This document shows positions 39,918-48,542 of a stretch of 64,000 nt of DNA, piece by piece (positions within the stretch are counted from its first letter, which is position 1; the number at the start of each line of letters is the position of its first letter). The notes below the pieces were generated by a model that worked only from the letters and a program-made list of their open reading frames with translations, searched no databases and was not told the origin of the DNA. This DNA is from Candidatus Hydrogenedentota bacterium. GTDB taxonomy: Bacteria > Hydrogenedentota > Hydrogenedentia > Hydrogenedentales > JAEUWI01. The DNA is taken from assembly GCA_034669905.1 (NCBI GenBank), contig JAXMOL010000006.1, positions 1 to 64,000 of the forward strand, read 5' to 3'. The position numbers and the translations under genes are program-made.

Positions 39918-41027
39918 ATGCCGGGTATTCACAGATTGTGGTCATGGGGGGTGGCCCTGGGCTTCTTGGTGTTGACGTGCACCGCGCGGGGAGTAAGTCC
40001 GCCGTCCACTGTCGCGGTGATTACCAATGAAACGGGCGCCCATCTGGGGGCTTACTTTCGCAGTCTGGCCGCGGCGCCTGAAGTAGGCCGGGTGGTTCTC
40101 GCCGATCCCGACGGTGAGGCCGAAGAAGGGGCGCGGAAATTACTCGGTGAGAAGCTGACGGCCGTGTATTCCGGGGAGGCCGCCCTTTATGCCGCCGAGT
40201 CGCCTGTTATGGCACTGGTCACGATGGAGGCCCGGGAAGCGCCCCGTGCCGTTCGTGCGGCCCTGGAAGCGGGCTGTCACGTGTTGGCGGAGAAGCCAGC
40301 CTGTGTTTCGGTGGCGGATTTCGAAGCGCTGGTGGCGCTGGCGGAAAGGAAAGAACGCCATCTCATGCTGGCCCTGGCCAATCGACTCAATCCCGAAATT
40401 CAGAAGGCGAAGACGCTGGTGGAGACGGGTGCACTGGGCCGTATTTACGGCCTGCAGATGAATCTTATCGACGAGCAGTCCCGGCTGCGCTCCACGGCCT
40501 ATCAACAGTCCTGGTTCGCCGACCGAAAACGGGCTGGCGGGGGCCACCTGACCTGGCTTGGGATCCACGGGCTGGACCTCACCATGTATGTGACGGGTGC
40601 CGAGGTGACCGATGTGACCGGGTTTGTGGGCAACATCGGTGGGGAGCCCGTGGCGATTGAAGACGGCGCCGCCTTATCACTGCGTTACGACAATGGCGTC
40701 GTGGGTACCGTGTTGTCAGGCTACTTTCTTGATAAGGATTCGGGCACCTTCTTTAAGGTATGGGGTTCAAAAGGGTGGCTCGAAATCACCTCCGAACGCC
40801 CCCGTCAGGTGCGATGGTTCAGCACGGCGGAGCCGACTCCGGTTTCGGAGGTTTTTGATGGCGCGGCGGACCATTCTCCCTATGCGGCATTTGTCCGCGC
40901 CTGCGTTCGGGCCAGCCGCGGTGAGGAGGCGGCGCCCATTACGGGCCGGGAGTGCCTGCGGGTGTTGCAGGTGATCTTCGGGGCTTACGGGGCGTCGGAT
41001 AGTGGGACGACTGTCACGCTGGAGTGA
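39918..41027 (+). CDS. Gfo/Idh/MocA-family oxidoreductase
   Basis: ALEAGCHVLAEKP, GGGHLTWLGIHGLDL, VWGSKG. Confidence 0.88.
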   Translation: MPGIHRLWSWGVALGFLVLTCTARGVSPPSTVAVITNETGAHLGAYFRSLAAAPEVGRVVLADPDGEAEEGARKLLGEKLTAVYSGEAALYAAESPVMALVTMEAREAPRAVRAALEAGCHVLAEKPACVSVADFEALVALAERKERHLMLALANRLNPEIQKAKTLVETGALGRIYGLQMNLIDEQSRLRSTAYQQSWFADRKRAGGGHLTWLGIHGLDLTMYVTGAEVTDVTGFVGNIGGEPVAIEDGAALSLRYDNGVVGTVLSGYFLDKDSGTFFKVWGSKGWLEITSERPRQVRWFSTAEPTPVSEVFDGAADHSPYAAFVRACVRASRGEEAAPITGRECLRVLQVIFGAYGASDSGTTVTLE

Positions 41028-41036
41028 TGCCCGGAC

Positions 41037-42266
41037 TCACGTGGCGGCGCGGCGCAGGGATTTCCAATAGGCGGCCTGGAGGTAGAAAATCCCACAACTG
41101 GAAACCCGCGTAGGGTCCAGCCGGGTGATGGCCTGTTCCAGCAGCGCCTGTTGGGCCTCAGGGAATGGCTGGTGGGCCACCATAAGCTGGCCCAATGCCG
41201 CCTCGCCACTTTCCCGAATGCAATACCAGATGGTGCGATAGTGCCCCTCGGAGGAGAGCCCTTCTTCCGTCCGCCAATCGGTGCACAGGCGGGTAAGGTC
41301 CAGGTCTTTGGCCCGTTTGTCGGCCGCTATGGCCCGCTCGGCACACTGGGCGGAAACCTTTTCCAAGGTCTGCTCCATTTCTTCCTGCAACGCGGAGTCT
41401 TTCTCCAGGGACAAAAGCAATTCCAGGGAGGCCTGCATCTGAAGGAGGGCATAGGTGGGATGGCCACCCCCGATGGTCGCCGACTGGGCCACGGCGGGCG
41501 CGATGTAGTGTCGGTAGCGCTCATAGTAGACCGGATTCTTCGTCACGTCCCAGGCCGCCGCATAAATCATGGGGAGGCGGGCCGCTTCGTGGGCATTCAC
41601 TTCCCACATGCGGCTGATGCCCCGGGTGTCGCGGCTGCCATCGGCGCGGAGGGAATCGTAGTTGTTTTCGGGTGTCACGTTGCGTGTCATACGATCGGCG
41701 ACTGCGGAAAGGAGCACCCCGATTTCTTCTCGGGTTTCCGCATTGCACAAGGGGCTCTGGGCGTAAAGCCAGAGTCCATGGACCGCGTGGGTGTATTGGT
41801 CCCGCGAACTGTTGGGATAAATGCTTGTGAGGTCTTCGGGGCAAACGGCGCGGGCGATAAAGCCGGGCACGCCGTGGGCCGTCGCACTCCGGTGGATGCC
41901 CCGGTAAACGTCCAGCGCGCGGTCCCGAAGGAATTCCTCCTGGGTTACGGCATAGCGGTCTACGATGAGGGAAAGCATGACGCCGGCGGAAATCATGCCG
42001 TCCTCCATGCCCGTGTCGTAGCCGCACTCATTGGGATATTGGCGCTTTACCTCCGCTGCGGTGGGGAGGTGGGCCAGGCCCTGGTCGGCTTCGTAACTGG
42101 TCAGGTAGTCGTAGAACTGATTGGTCCGGGAAAGATAGAAGCGCTCCCAGGTGGCCTTCCAGAGGCCCTCCACGGTGTTCGCCACGGAGGCGTCCGCCGC
42201 AAGGGCGGGGAGGGAAAGGGAGACAGCAAGACAACAAAAGCATACACGTCGGACGAATGGAATCAT
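41037..42266 (-). CDS. Secreted hypothetical protein, possibly an alpha/alpha-barrel enzyme
   Basis: Signal peptide ending ALA. Helical pattern with GFIARAV...SSRDQYTH. No family confidently recognised. Confidence 0.6.
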   Translation of the reverse strand: MIPFVRRVCFCCLAVSLSLPALAADASVANTVEGLWKATWERFYLSRTNQFYDYLTSYEADQGLAHLPTAAEVKRQYPNECGYDTGMEDGMISAGVMLSLIVDRYAVTQEEFLRDRALDVYRGIHRSATAHGVPGFIARAVCPEDLTSIYPNSSRDQYTHAVHGLWLYAQSPLCNAETREEIGVLLSAVADRMTRNVTPENNYDSLRADGSRDTRGISRMWEVNAHEAARLPMIYAAAWDVTKNPVYYERYRHYIAPAVAQSATIGGGHPTYALLQMQASLELLLSLEKDSALQEEMEQTLEKVSAQCAERAIAADKRAKDLDLTRLCTDWRTEEGLSSEGHYRTIWYCIRESGEAALGQLMVAHQPFPEAQQALLEQAITRLDPTRVSSCGIFYLQAAYWKSLRRAAT

Positions 42267-42350
42267 GGTGGCGTAGCGGTTCCTGAGGGAGTGTTAATAC
42301 GGGGTAGCCATTGAACGGGGGAATGGGGTGCGAGCCCCTGCAGCTCCTTA

Positions 42351-42578
42351 TTATTCTTCTTCGTCAAAGGAGTCCAGAATCTGGTTGGCCCGCTTGGCAT
42401 CGGCCTCTTTTACGATTAACCGGACACCGCCGGCGATGTTGAGTTGGGGCTCCATGCCGCCACAATCATCCCGGGACACGATGGCTTGAATGTCTTCCGA
42501 TTCCAGGGCGGAACTTGCCATACCCGCAAGCATTTCATCGGGGTAGGTGCGTAACGTTACGAGCTTATCGTCGTTCAT
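42351..42578 (-). CDS. DUF2007-like small protein
   Basis: LVTLRTY..EMLA...LESEDI...GVRLIVKEADAKRANQIL. AGGAG RBS. Confidence 0.8.
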   Translation of the reverse strand: MNDDKLVTLRTYPDEMLAGMASSALESEDIQAIVSRDDCGGMEPQLNIAGGVRLIVKEADAKRANQILDSFDEEE

Positions 42579-42657
42579 GGGATGCTCCTGACGGGTTCGA
42601 TGGGAAGGTTGGCTTTATAGTAGCAGAACGGGATGGGGAGATGATTGGCAGTTCGGT

Positions 42658-43416
42658 CTATTCAGCAGCACCCACGATGGCCTGCAAGAACTGGGTGCGC
42701 TCGTCCACCGGGGCCCAGGGATCGAAAGCCGCGTAGGTATCCCGGTCCAGCGTCAGCAGAATTTCTTTGGCGGCAATGCGGTCCCCGAGATAATCACTCG
42801 TCAGCCCTTTCTCCATCCATTGCCGGAGCAATTTCTTATCCAGCGCCAGCACCGCTTCCTGTGCCTTCGCTCGAAGTTCGGCTTCCGGATTGGAGAGTAG
42901 AGCCATCACTTCCGTGAAGTCGGCATCGGGCGCGATGCTTACCGTTTCAGGTACCGCTGCAGGGACGGTGATTACCGTGCCATCCACCTGGGTATGGGTG
43001 TACTCCGATACGTCCTTGAGATAGGCCAGGTAGGATTCGACCTCCATGAAGCCCACCCGGTCCCCGACCATTTCTCCAAAAGTGTTGATGACCACCGTCC
43101 GGGGTATGCTCCGCACGCCATAGGCAAAGGCCGTTTTCTCATCCACATCGATATTGACCTTGACGTTCACGAAGTCCGTCATGGCGGAGATGACTTCGGG
43201 GTCGGTGAAGGTCTGCTCATCCATCAGATGACAGGGGCCACACCAGTCGGCGTAGAAATCGACCAGAACCGGCTTGCCCAGTTCCTTGGCCCGGGCGATG
43301 GCCTCGTGGTAGTTGGTCATCCAATCAATAGCGGGTGTCGCGGGTTGGGGCGCTGCCCCGAAAAGGGGGAGGGAGAGCAACAGGAGCACTGCGCTCAGGG
43401 CCTTATTCCTTACCAT
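42658..43416 (-). CDS. Secreted thioredoxin-family protein with helical C-terminal extension
   Basis: Signal peptide. KPVLVDFYADWCGPC, YGVRSIP. Confidence 0.88.
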   Translation of the reverse strand: MVRNKALSAVLLLLSLPLFGAAPQPATPAIDWMTNYHEAIARAKELGKPVLVDFYADWCGPCHLMDEQTFTDPEVISAMTDFVNVKVNIDVDEKTAFAYGVRSIPRTVVINTFGEMVGDRVGFMEVESYLAYLKDVSEYTHTQVDGTVITVPAAVPETVSIAPDADFTEVMALLSNPEAELRAKAQEAVLALDKKLLRQWMEKGLTSDYLGDRIAAKEILLTLDRDTYAAFDPWAPVDERTQFLQAIVGAAE

Positions 43417-44779
43417 GCTTGATCTGCTCCCAATAGGTTTCGAAATTGAACTCCGGGCTGTTCTCCGGGTCATGGCACGACTCACACGCGATGGTGCGGA
43501 GCTTGGCCGTCCGTTCGGGGACGTCCTGTCCCTGGTGGAATTGCACGTGGTAGTCGCCCCGGCCGTGGCAGTTCTCACAGCTCACGGCACCGAGGGTGGG
43601 GGTGAGGCGTTGGTTGATGTAGCCATCGGAGGCACCATAACCCACCGTATGGCACTGGAGGCACCGGGGATTGTGTTCATGCTTTCGGGCCACGAGACTT
43701 TCAAAGCTGTGGGCGTGCTTCTGGGCCTTCCAGCCTTCCACCGCCATGGGGTGACAGGTGCTGCAGCTCGCTTCGCCTATGTAGGCATTTGCGGTGCGGC
43801 TGCGGGCGGCGGTGATGGTGGTGAGCCCCTCTTCGTCGTCCCGGTGGGGCTGAAAATCCATTTCGGCCAGGCGCAACTTAAACTCGTCAATGATGGGCGT
43901 GATTTCCGTGGCTTCGGCCATGGTGTCTTTCAGCATGTGGATGTCGTTGGTGTAGGTCGCTTCGCCTTCGCCGTTAAACGCGATGTCGAGCTTGCCCACC
44001 GCTTTGCCCTTGTCCGTGATATAGACGATGTGTGATTGGTTGGACTCAATGGGCGTATGGGTGGGTTGGAGCACACGGCCCCCCACGATGACATCCACCT
44101 CGAAAAAGCGCTCGGCAATCTGTTGCATCAGGGGTTCTTCGGCGAATGCCAGGAGGACGACAAAGTCACATTGGGGCGTTAACTCGGGCAGGTATTTGCC
44201 CACCGCATCGATGGGCGGGGAGAGGCGTAAGCCTTCGCCCCCGTCTTCCGGTGCGAGGTCGTCATCGGTGACGCCGAGTATGCCCATCCGAAATCCGTTC
44301 GGGAGCGTGCTAACCCGATAGGGCGGGAAGAGCAGCGCCCCATCGGCCCCGTGCAGGTTGGCCGAAACGAAGAGGTCGTATTCTCCGCCAATCTCCCGCA
44401 GTTTTTCGGCGCCCAGCGAAATTTCACGGTGGCCTACATTGACCGCGTCATAGCCCATGGCTACATAGCCCTTGAGGATGTAGGCCATCTCAAAGACTTC
44501 CCAGTTGCGCGGGCCCGCCGTGACATCACCGGCGTCTACCAGGAGGTGGGGGCCCTTCACCTGGCTCTTCAGGAAGGTCATGCGGCGGGAAATACCACCG
44601 GCCTGGCCCGATGCACAGCCACAGGGCTCGATGTGTCCCCGGGTGTCGCAGGAGTAGATGATGGAGAGGGTATCCGGCGGCGCGATGGATACCGTCTTTT
44701 CTTCGCCCCCACAGCCCGCCAGGGCCATGAGCAGGAAGGCCACGGGGGCGGCCGTCCGAAGGGTCTGAATCCAATTCAT
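43403..44779 (-). CDS. Lipoprotein: UshA/5'-nucleotidase-like domain fused to a tetraheme cytochrome c554-like domain
   Basis: Lipobox LAGC. DTRGHIEPCGC...GGISRR, VDAGD, YDAVNVG. Four CxxCH motifs (CSTCH, CLQCH, CENCH, CESCH). Confidence 0.85.
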   Translation of the reverse strand: MNWIQTLRTAAPVAFLLMALAGCGGEEKTVSIAPPDTLSIIYSCDTRGHIEPCGCASGQAGGISRRMTFLKSQVKGPHLLVDAGDVTAGPRNWEVFEMAYILKGYVAMGYDAVNVGHREISLGAEKLREIGGEYDLFVSANLHGADGALLFPPYRVSTLPNGFRMGILGVTDDDLAPEDGGEGLRLSPPIDAVGKYLPELTPQCDFVVLLAFAEEPLMQQIAERFFEVDVIVGGRVLQPTHTPIESNQSHIVYITDKGKAVGKLDIAFNGEGEATYTNDIHMLKDTMAEATEITPIIDEFKLRLAEMDFQPHRDDEEGLTTITAARSRTANAYIGEASCSTCHPMAVEGWKAQKHAHSFESLVARKHEHNPRCLQCHTVGYGASDGYINQRLTPTLGAVSCENCHGRGDYHVQFHQGQDVPERTAKLRTIACESCHDPENSPEFNFETYWEQIKHGKE

Positions 44780-44794
44780 AGACGAGTTTCCTGA

Positions 44795-45511
44795 TCAGTG
44801 GGTCAAGGAATAGGTGAGGACGTTGACATTGATTTCCTGGCTATTCCGAATTTCGTTGCCGCCACAGCAGCAACAGCCGCCCCCGGCATTGGCCGTGTCG
44901 TTGAGCCCTTCGGGACTGTAAATCAACACAATGCGTCCGTCGAGTACGAGGCCTTCGAGGGTCGCCGTCCCTTTACTTTTCTTCAGCCGCACGGAGGTGA
45001 CATCGAAGACCGTGCTGAATATCTTGTGCTCCATGGGGATTTTTTCCAGGGCGACCTCGGGGAAAATGCGTTTTATCTCACGGCGAAAGGCCTGATCCCA
45101 CTCTTTCGAAGAGCACCCGGCCGAGGCGAGGAGGAAGCCACCCCGCTCCAGATAGGCCCGCAGGTTAATCCGCTCCTGCTCTAAGAGGGTGAAGACCCCT
45201 TCGCCCGTCATGACGGAGAAGGGATACTCGAAGAGTTCGTCTTTCGCCAGTTTTACCGGCTGGAAGGCCGTGCGGGTCTCAATGTTGGTTTCCACGTGGG
45301 TTGTGGCCAGGAATTTGTCGCTGAAACATTTGGAGCTCTTGGAGCCGGCATAGATGAGATTGGCACATTGGACCGCGTCGCTGGCTTCGCGATTGGAAAG
45401 GCGCTTCGGCGTGTCCCTGGATGCGTTGTTGCTGCCGGCCGCGAGTACGACGGGGGTGAGGGAGGCCATCGTCAGGCCCAGCACGAATACGAGCTTCGTA
45501 CGCGTATTCAT
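44795..45511 (-). CDS. DUF4159-domain protein
   Basis: LFEYPFSVMTG...LRAYLERGGFL...HKIF...GRIVLIYS. GCCCCGG tail. Confidence 0.8.
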   Translation of the reverse strand: MNTRTKLVFVLGLTMASLTPVVLAAGSNNASRDTPKRLSNREASDAVQCANLIYAGSKSSKCFSDKFLATTHVETNIETRTAFQPVKLAKDELFEYPFSVMTGEGVFTLLEQERINLRAYLERGGFLLASAGCSSKEWDQAFRREIKRIFPEVALEKIPMEHKIFSTVFDVTSVRLKKSKGTATLEGLVLDGRIVLIYSPEGLNDTANAGGGCCCCGGNEIRNSQEINVNVLTYSLTH

Positions 45512-46236
45512 GGGGCGGCCTCCTCGGCGGCGATGCGCTTGAAGTAGTCATTGACCTGTCCCCGGTATTCTTCCAGCACCCGTTCGCCGCCGGAGGCATT
45601 GAACTGAATGTCCGCTTTCTTGGCTGCGGCGACTTCATCCACGTTGCGGGCCAAATCGCCGGGCCCCTCTTCGGCGGCGTCGGAATTCTTCTTTCGGTTT
45701 CCCAGCAGCCGCGACTTTTCGTTATTCTTACCGTTCAGGTCATCGGGCCCGTAGACGCCAAAGTTCTGTCCGCCGCTACTACCGGAACTGCCCCGACCGC
45801 TCATACCGCCCAGACCACTGGAGCCGGGCCGCATACCGCTACGGAGTTGTCCCAGGGTATTGCCCGCATTCATGCCCATTTTGATTTCGAGTTGAAACTT
45901 ACAGGCCGCACCGGCACCCCCTCCGGTACTCTCACAGACCTTAATCATCTCTTTCATGTCGAGATAGGCCGCCTCCGCCTGTTCATGGCCCGTGGGTGCG
46001 TCCTTTACCGCCAGCTTGTCGGCGGCATCCGTCATGTGGGATTCGATGAGGCGGCGGTCAATTTCGTCGGCGATCTTACGGGCGTCCGCGGCGACCACGG
46101 CGTAATCGGGTTCTTCCACCGCTTCGTCCTCCGTAACGGAAGGCAGTTTTTCAATGAAGGGCGAGGCCTGACCGTGGACGGTGGCAACGAGGAGGATGGC
46201 CAGGACACCGACGCTACTTTTTCTGAATAAACACAT
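45508..46236 (-). CDS. Hypothetical protein with signal-like N-terminus and Gly/Ser-rich region
   Basis: ATG after a GGGA purine run. Hydrophobic VGVLAILLVATV. Ends EEYRGQVNDYFKRIA, typical of C-termini of large coiled-coil partners in these operons. Confidence 0.6.
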   Translation of the reverse strand: MCLFRKSSVGVLAILLVATVHGQASPFIEKLPSVTEDEAVEEPDYAVVAADARKIADEIDRRLIESHMTDAADKLAVKDAPTGHEQAEAAYLDMKEMIKVCESTGGGAGAACKFQLEIKMGMNAGNTLGQLRSGMRPGSSGLGGMSGRGSSGSSGGQNFGVYGPDDLNGKNNEKSRLLGNRKKNSDAAEEGPGDLARNVDEVAAAKKADIQFNASGGERVLEEYRGQVNDYFKRIAAEEAAP

Positions 46237-48541
46237 CGCTATTCCCTTTCTGTTTAGACGCCAGGGCGTCGAGCTCATCGGCGTGACTGCGGATGCGCTC
46301 TTTCAGGGCGGCCAGAGATTCCATGACCGTCTGCTGTTCTGCGGAGAGCTCATCGAGACGAACCTGATCGTCCGGACTGATGGTCTCCATGTCTTTATAG
46401 TAGCGGATGCTGCGCTCCAGACTTTTCTGGAGCGAATAGAGATACTTGAACTCTTCCGTGTCGGCCATCACGTTGGCCACGTTTTCCAGGTTTTCGTTGG
46501 CCTGCTGGATGCCTTCCTGGAATTCCTGCACGTTCTGGCCCAGTTCTTCCAGGGCTTTTTGTTGGGCCTCGGCCGCCCGTTGGAGCGCTGCGCTGCTGGA
46601 TTGGGAAGGGGAACTCTCGCCAGAGCTCCCGGCTTCGGCTTCCGACGGCTCCCCGGTTGGGTTGGCTGCTTCTGCCATCTCCTGTCGGGCCTGCTCCATC
46701 TGCGCGTTGGCTTCGTCCAGGCGCTCCGCGAAATCACGGAGGGCGTCCTTGTACGCTTCTTCAATGTCGAAGACCACCGGCCGCTCCGCCATCTCATTCA
46801 ACCGCTCCGCCATGGCGTTCGCCTCTTCCGCCAGGGCCGCCTGTTCCGTTTCGGCCTGGGCGAGCTGCTCCTGCTCGGATTCCGATAGGCTTCCTTCCGC
46901 CGCCAGTTTCTCGCGGAGGGCGTCCGTCTCCTGCTTCAGGGCTTCCTGCGCCTCGGCGAGGGCGGTCATTTCGTCGAGGACGCGCTCATACTTTTCCCTC
47001 AGGTCCTCTGCCGTCATCTGGGACTGGGCGTATTCCCGATATTCTTCGTAGGAAATGATGAGTAGCCGAAATTGCTCCGAGCTTGCCGTCTGGGGCGCAC
47101 CGGGACGGCTGTCCGTGGCCGTGACGTAGTAGTCGATGGTGTCGCCGGGGCGGAGTCCGAGGTCTTTCAGGTTCAGGGTTTCATCCACGGTGACAAAGCT
47201 GTTTCGCCCCGCGTCTTCATAGAGGTCCTTACGCTCATCCCGGGACTCGTTGTGCCGACGATAAATGGTCACGTTGGCAATGCCGAGATCGTCCGAGGCG
47301 TCGACCAGAATAGGAACTTCCGTGTCCACCACGGCGAAGGAGTCCATGCCCGGCGCTGCGATGACGACTTCCGGTTTTTCGTCCGGGGTGATCTCGATGG
47401 TGCCACGGGGACTGCTGTCCGCCACCACGCCTTCGACGTCGTGCACTTCCGTGTGAAAGGTGCCGGGCTCCGTCAGAGGGAAATTCGCTTCTACCGTGTT
47501 GGCTTCCGCGTCGGCTTGCAGGGGGTAGGAAGTGCCCGCCACCACAATCTCGCCGCCACCCAGGGGGCGATTGGAGCGGAGGCGCAGGTTGACCATCGTA
47601 TTTTCGTATCCGACGAGGACGTTGTCAGAGAGAAGGCGCGTCTCGGGGTCGCGGTTGGTGTAGGCAGGATAGGTGAAGGTGACGACGCTCTCTTCGATGC
47701 GGGGAATGGTGTTAAGCCCTATCGTGTGCCGTCGCGTGCGGCCCCCTTTGGTCGTCGCATAATAGCGCAGGGGTTCGCGCAGGTTTTCCAGGGTCTGAAA
47801 AAACTGGCCTTCGCCGCCATTATGCATATCAATGGCGTCGGTTTCATTTCCGTCCACATCCAGAAGTACAAGGCGTAAGGTTTCGGGGATGTGGTGGGTC
47901 GTGCGCACTTCGATCTTGAGGTCGTCCCCGAAATCTACGGTCGTGTTTCCCGGGTTCACCGCGAAGTGGATGGCGGAGTAAGGCGGGAAGTCTCCAAAGG
48001 GCAGCAGAAAGCGGGGGACCACGGCGGAGAATACCGCGAAGAAGAGCACTGTGGCGGCGATGGTGGCCACCGTCAGCCCCACCAGGAGATTGCACTCCCG
48101 TTTTACCGTAGGGGGCGTGAGGGCCTCGTAGGTCTGGATGCCGCTGATGCGTTCCGACGCGGTGTCGATTTCCTGCTGCATCAGGGCCTCCGAAAACCGC
48201 TCGGCACCTTCCTTATCCAGGCGTTCTTCAAAGTCCAGCGCATTTGTCAGGCTGTTTTCCAGGGCCGGGTTGCCTGCTTCCATCATGCGAACCAGCATGC
48301 GGCGATAGGCCCGGGAGTGGAAGGCCCTACGGGCGGACCAGGCCACCACCAGCGTCAAGAGGAGCAGGGCCAGGCCATCCATCGTCAAACGTGCGAGGGG
48401 GCTGAACGCGAATAGGGCATCGAGGGCCACATAGAGAAGGACGACGGCGAGGAAGGCCCAGGCCAGCCGAACGACGAGCAAGACGGCGACCCGTTCGAGG
48501 TAGGCCGTTTCGAGTTCGCTGATGTAGGTCTTCACATTCAT
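46214..48541 (-). CDS. DUF4175-like membrane protein with Ig-like domains and coiled coil
   Basis: Three N-terminal TMs, YPAYT, DEKPEV, ASDDLGI, LRPGDTIDYYVTATD, long EQ-rich coiled coil. Confidence 0.75.
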   Translation of the reverse strand: MNVKTYISELETAYLERVAVLLVVRLAWAFLAVVLLYVALDALFAFSPLARLTMDGLALLLLTLVVAWSARRAFHSRAYRRMLVRMMEAGNPALENSLTNALDFEERLDKEGAERFSEALMQQEIDTASERISGIQTYEALTPPTVKRECNLLVGLTVATIAATVLFFAVFSAVVPRFLLPFGDFPPYSAIHFAVNPGNTTVDFGDDLKIEVRTTHHIPETLRLVLLDVDGNETDAIDMHNGGEGQFFQTLENLREPLRYYATTKGGRTRRHTIGLNTIPRIEESVVTFTYPAYTNRDPETRLLSDNVLVGYENTMVNLRLRSNRPLGGGEIVVAGTSYPLQADAEANTVEANFPLTEPGTFHTEVHDVEGVVADSSPRGTIEITPDEKPEVVIAAPGMDSFAVVDTEVPILVDASDDLGIANVTIYRRHNESRDERKDLYEDAGRNSFVTVDETLNLKDLGLRPGDTIDYYVTATDSRPGAPQTASSEQFRLLIISYEEYREYAQSQMTAEDLREKYERVLDEMTALAEAQEALKQETDALREKLAAEGSLSESEQEQLAQAETEQAALAEEANAMAERLNEMAERPVVFDIEEAYKDALRDFAERLDEANAQMEQARQEMAEAANPTGEPSEAEAGSSGESSPSQSSSAALQRAAEAQQKALEELGQNVQEFQEGIQQANENLENVANVMADTEEFKYLYSLQKSLERSIRYYKDMETISPDDQVRLDELSAEQQTVMESLAALKERIRSHADELDALASKQKGNSDVFIQKK

Positions 48542-48542
48542 C

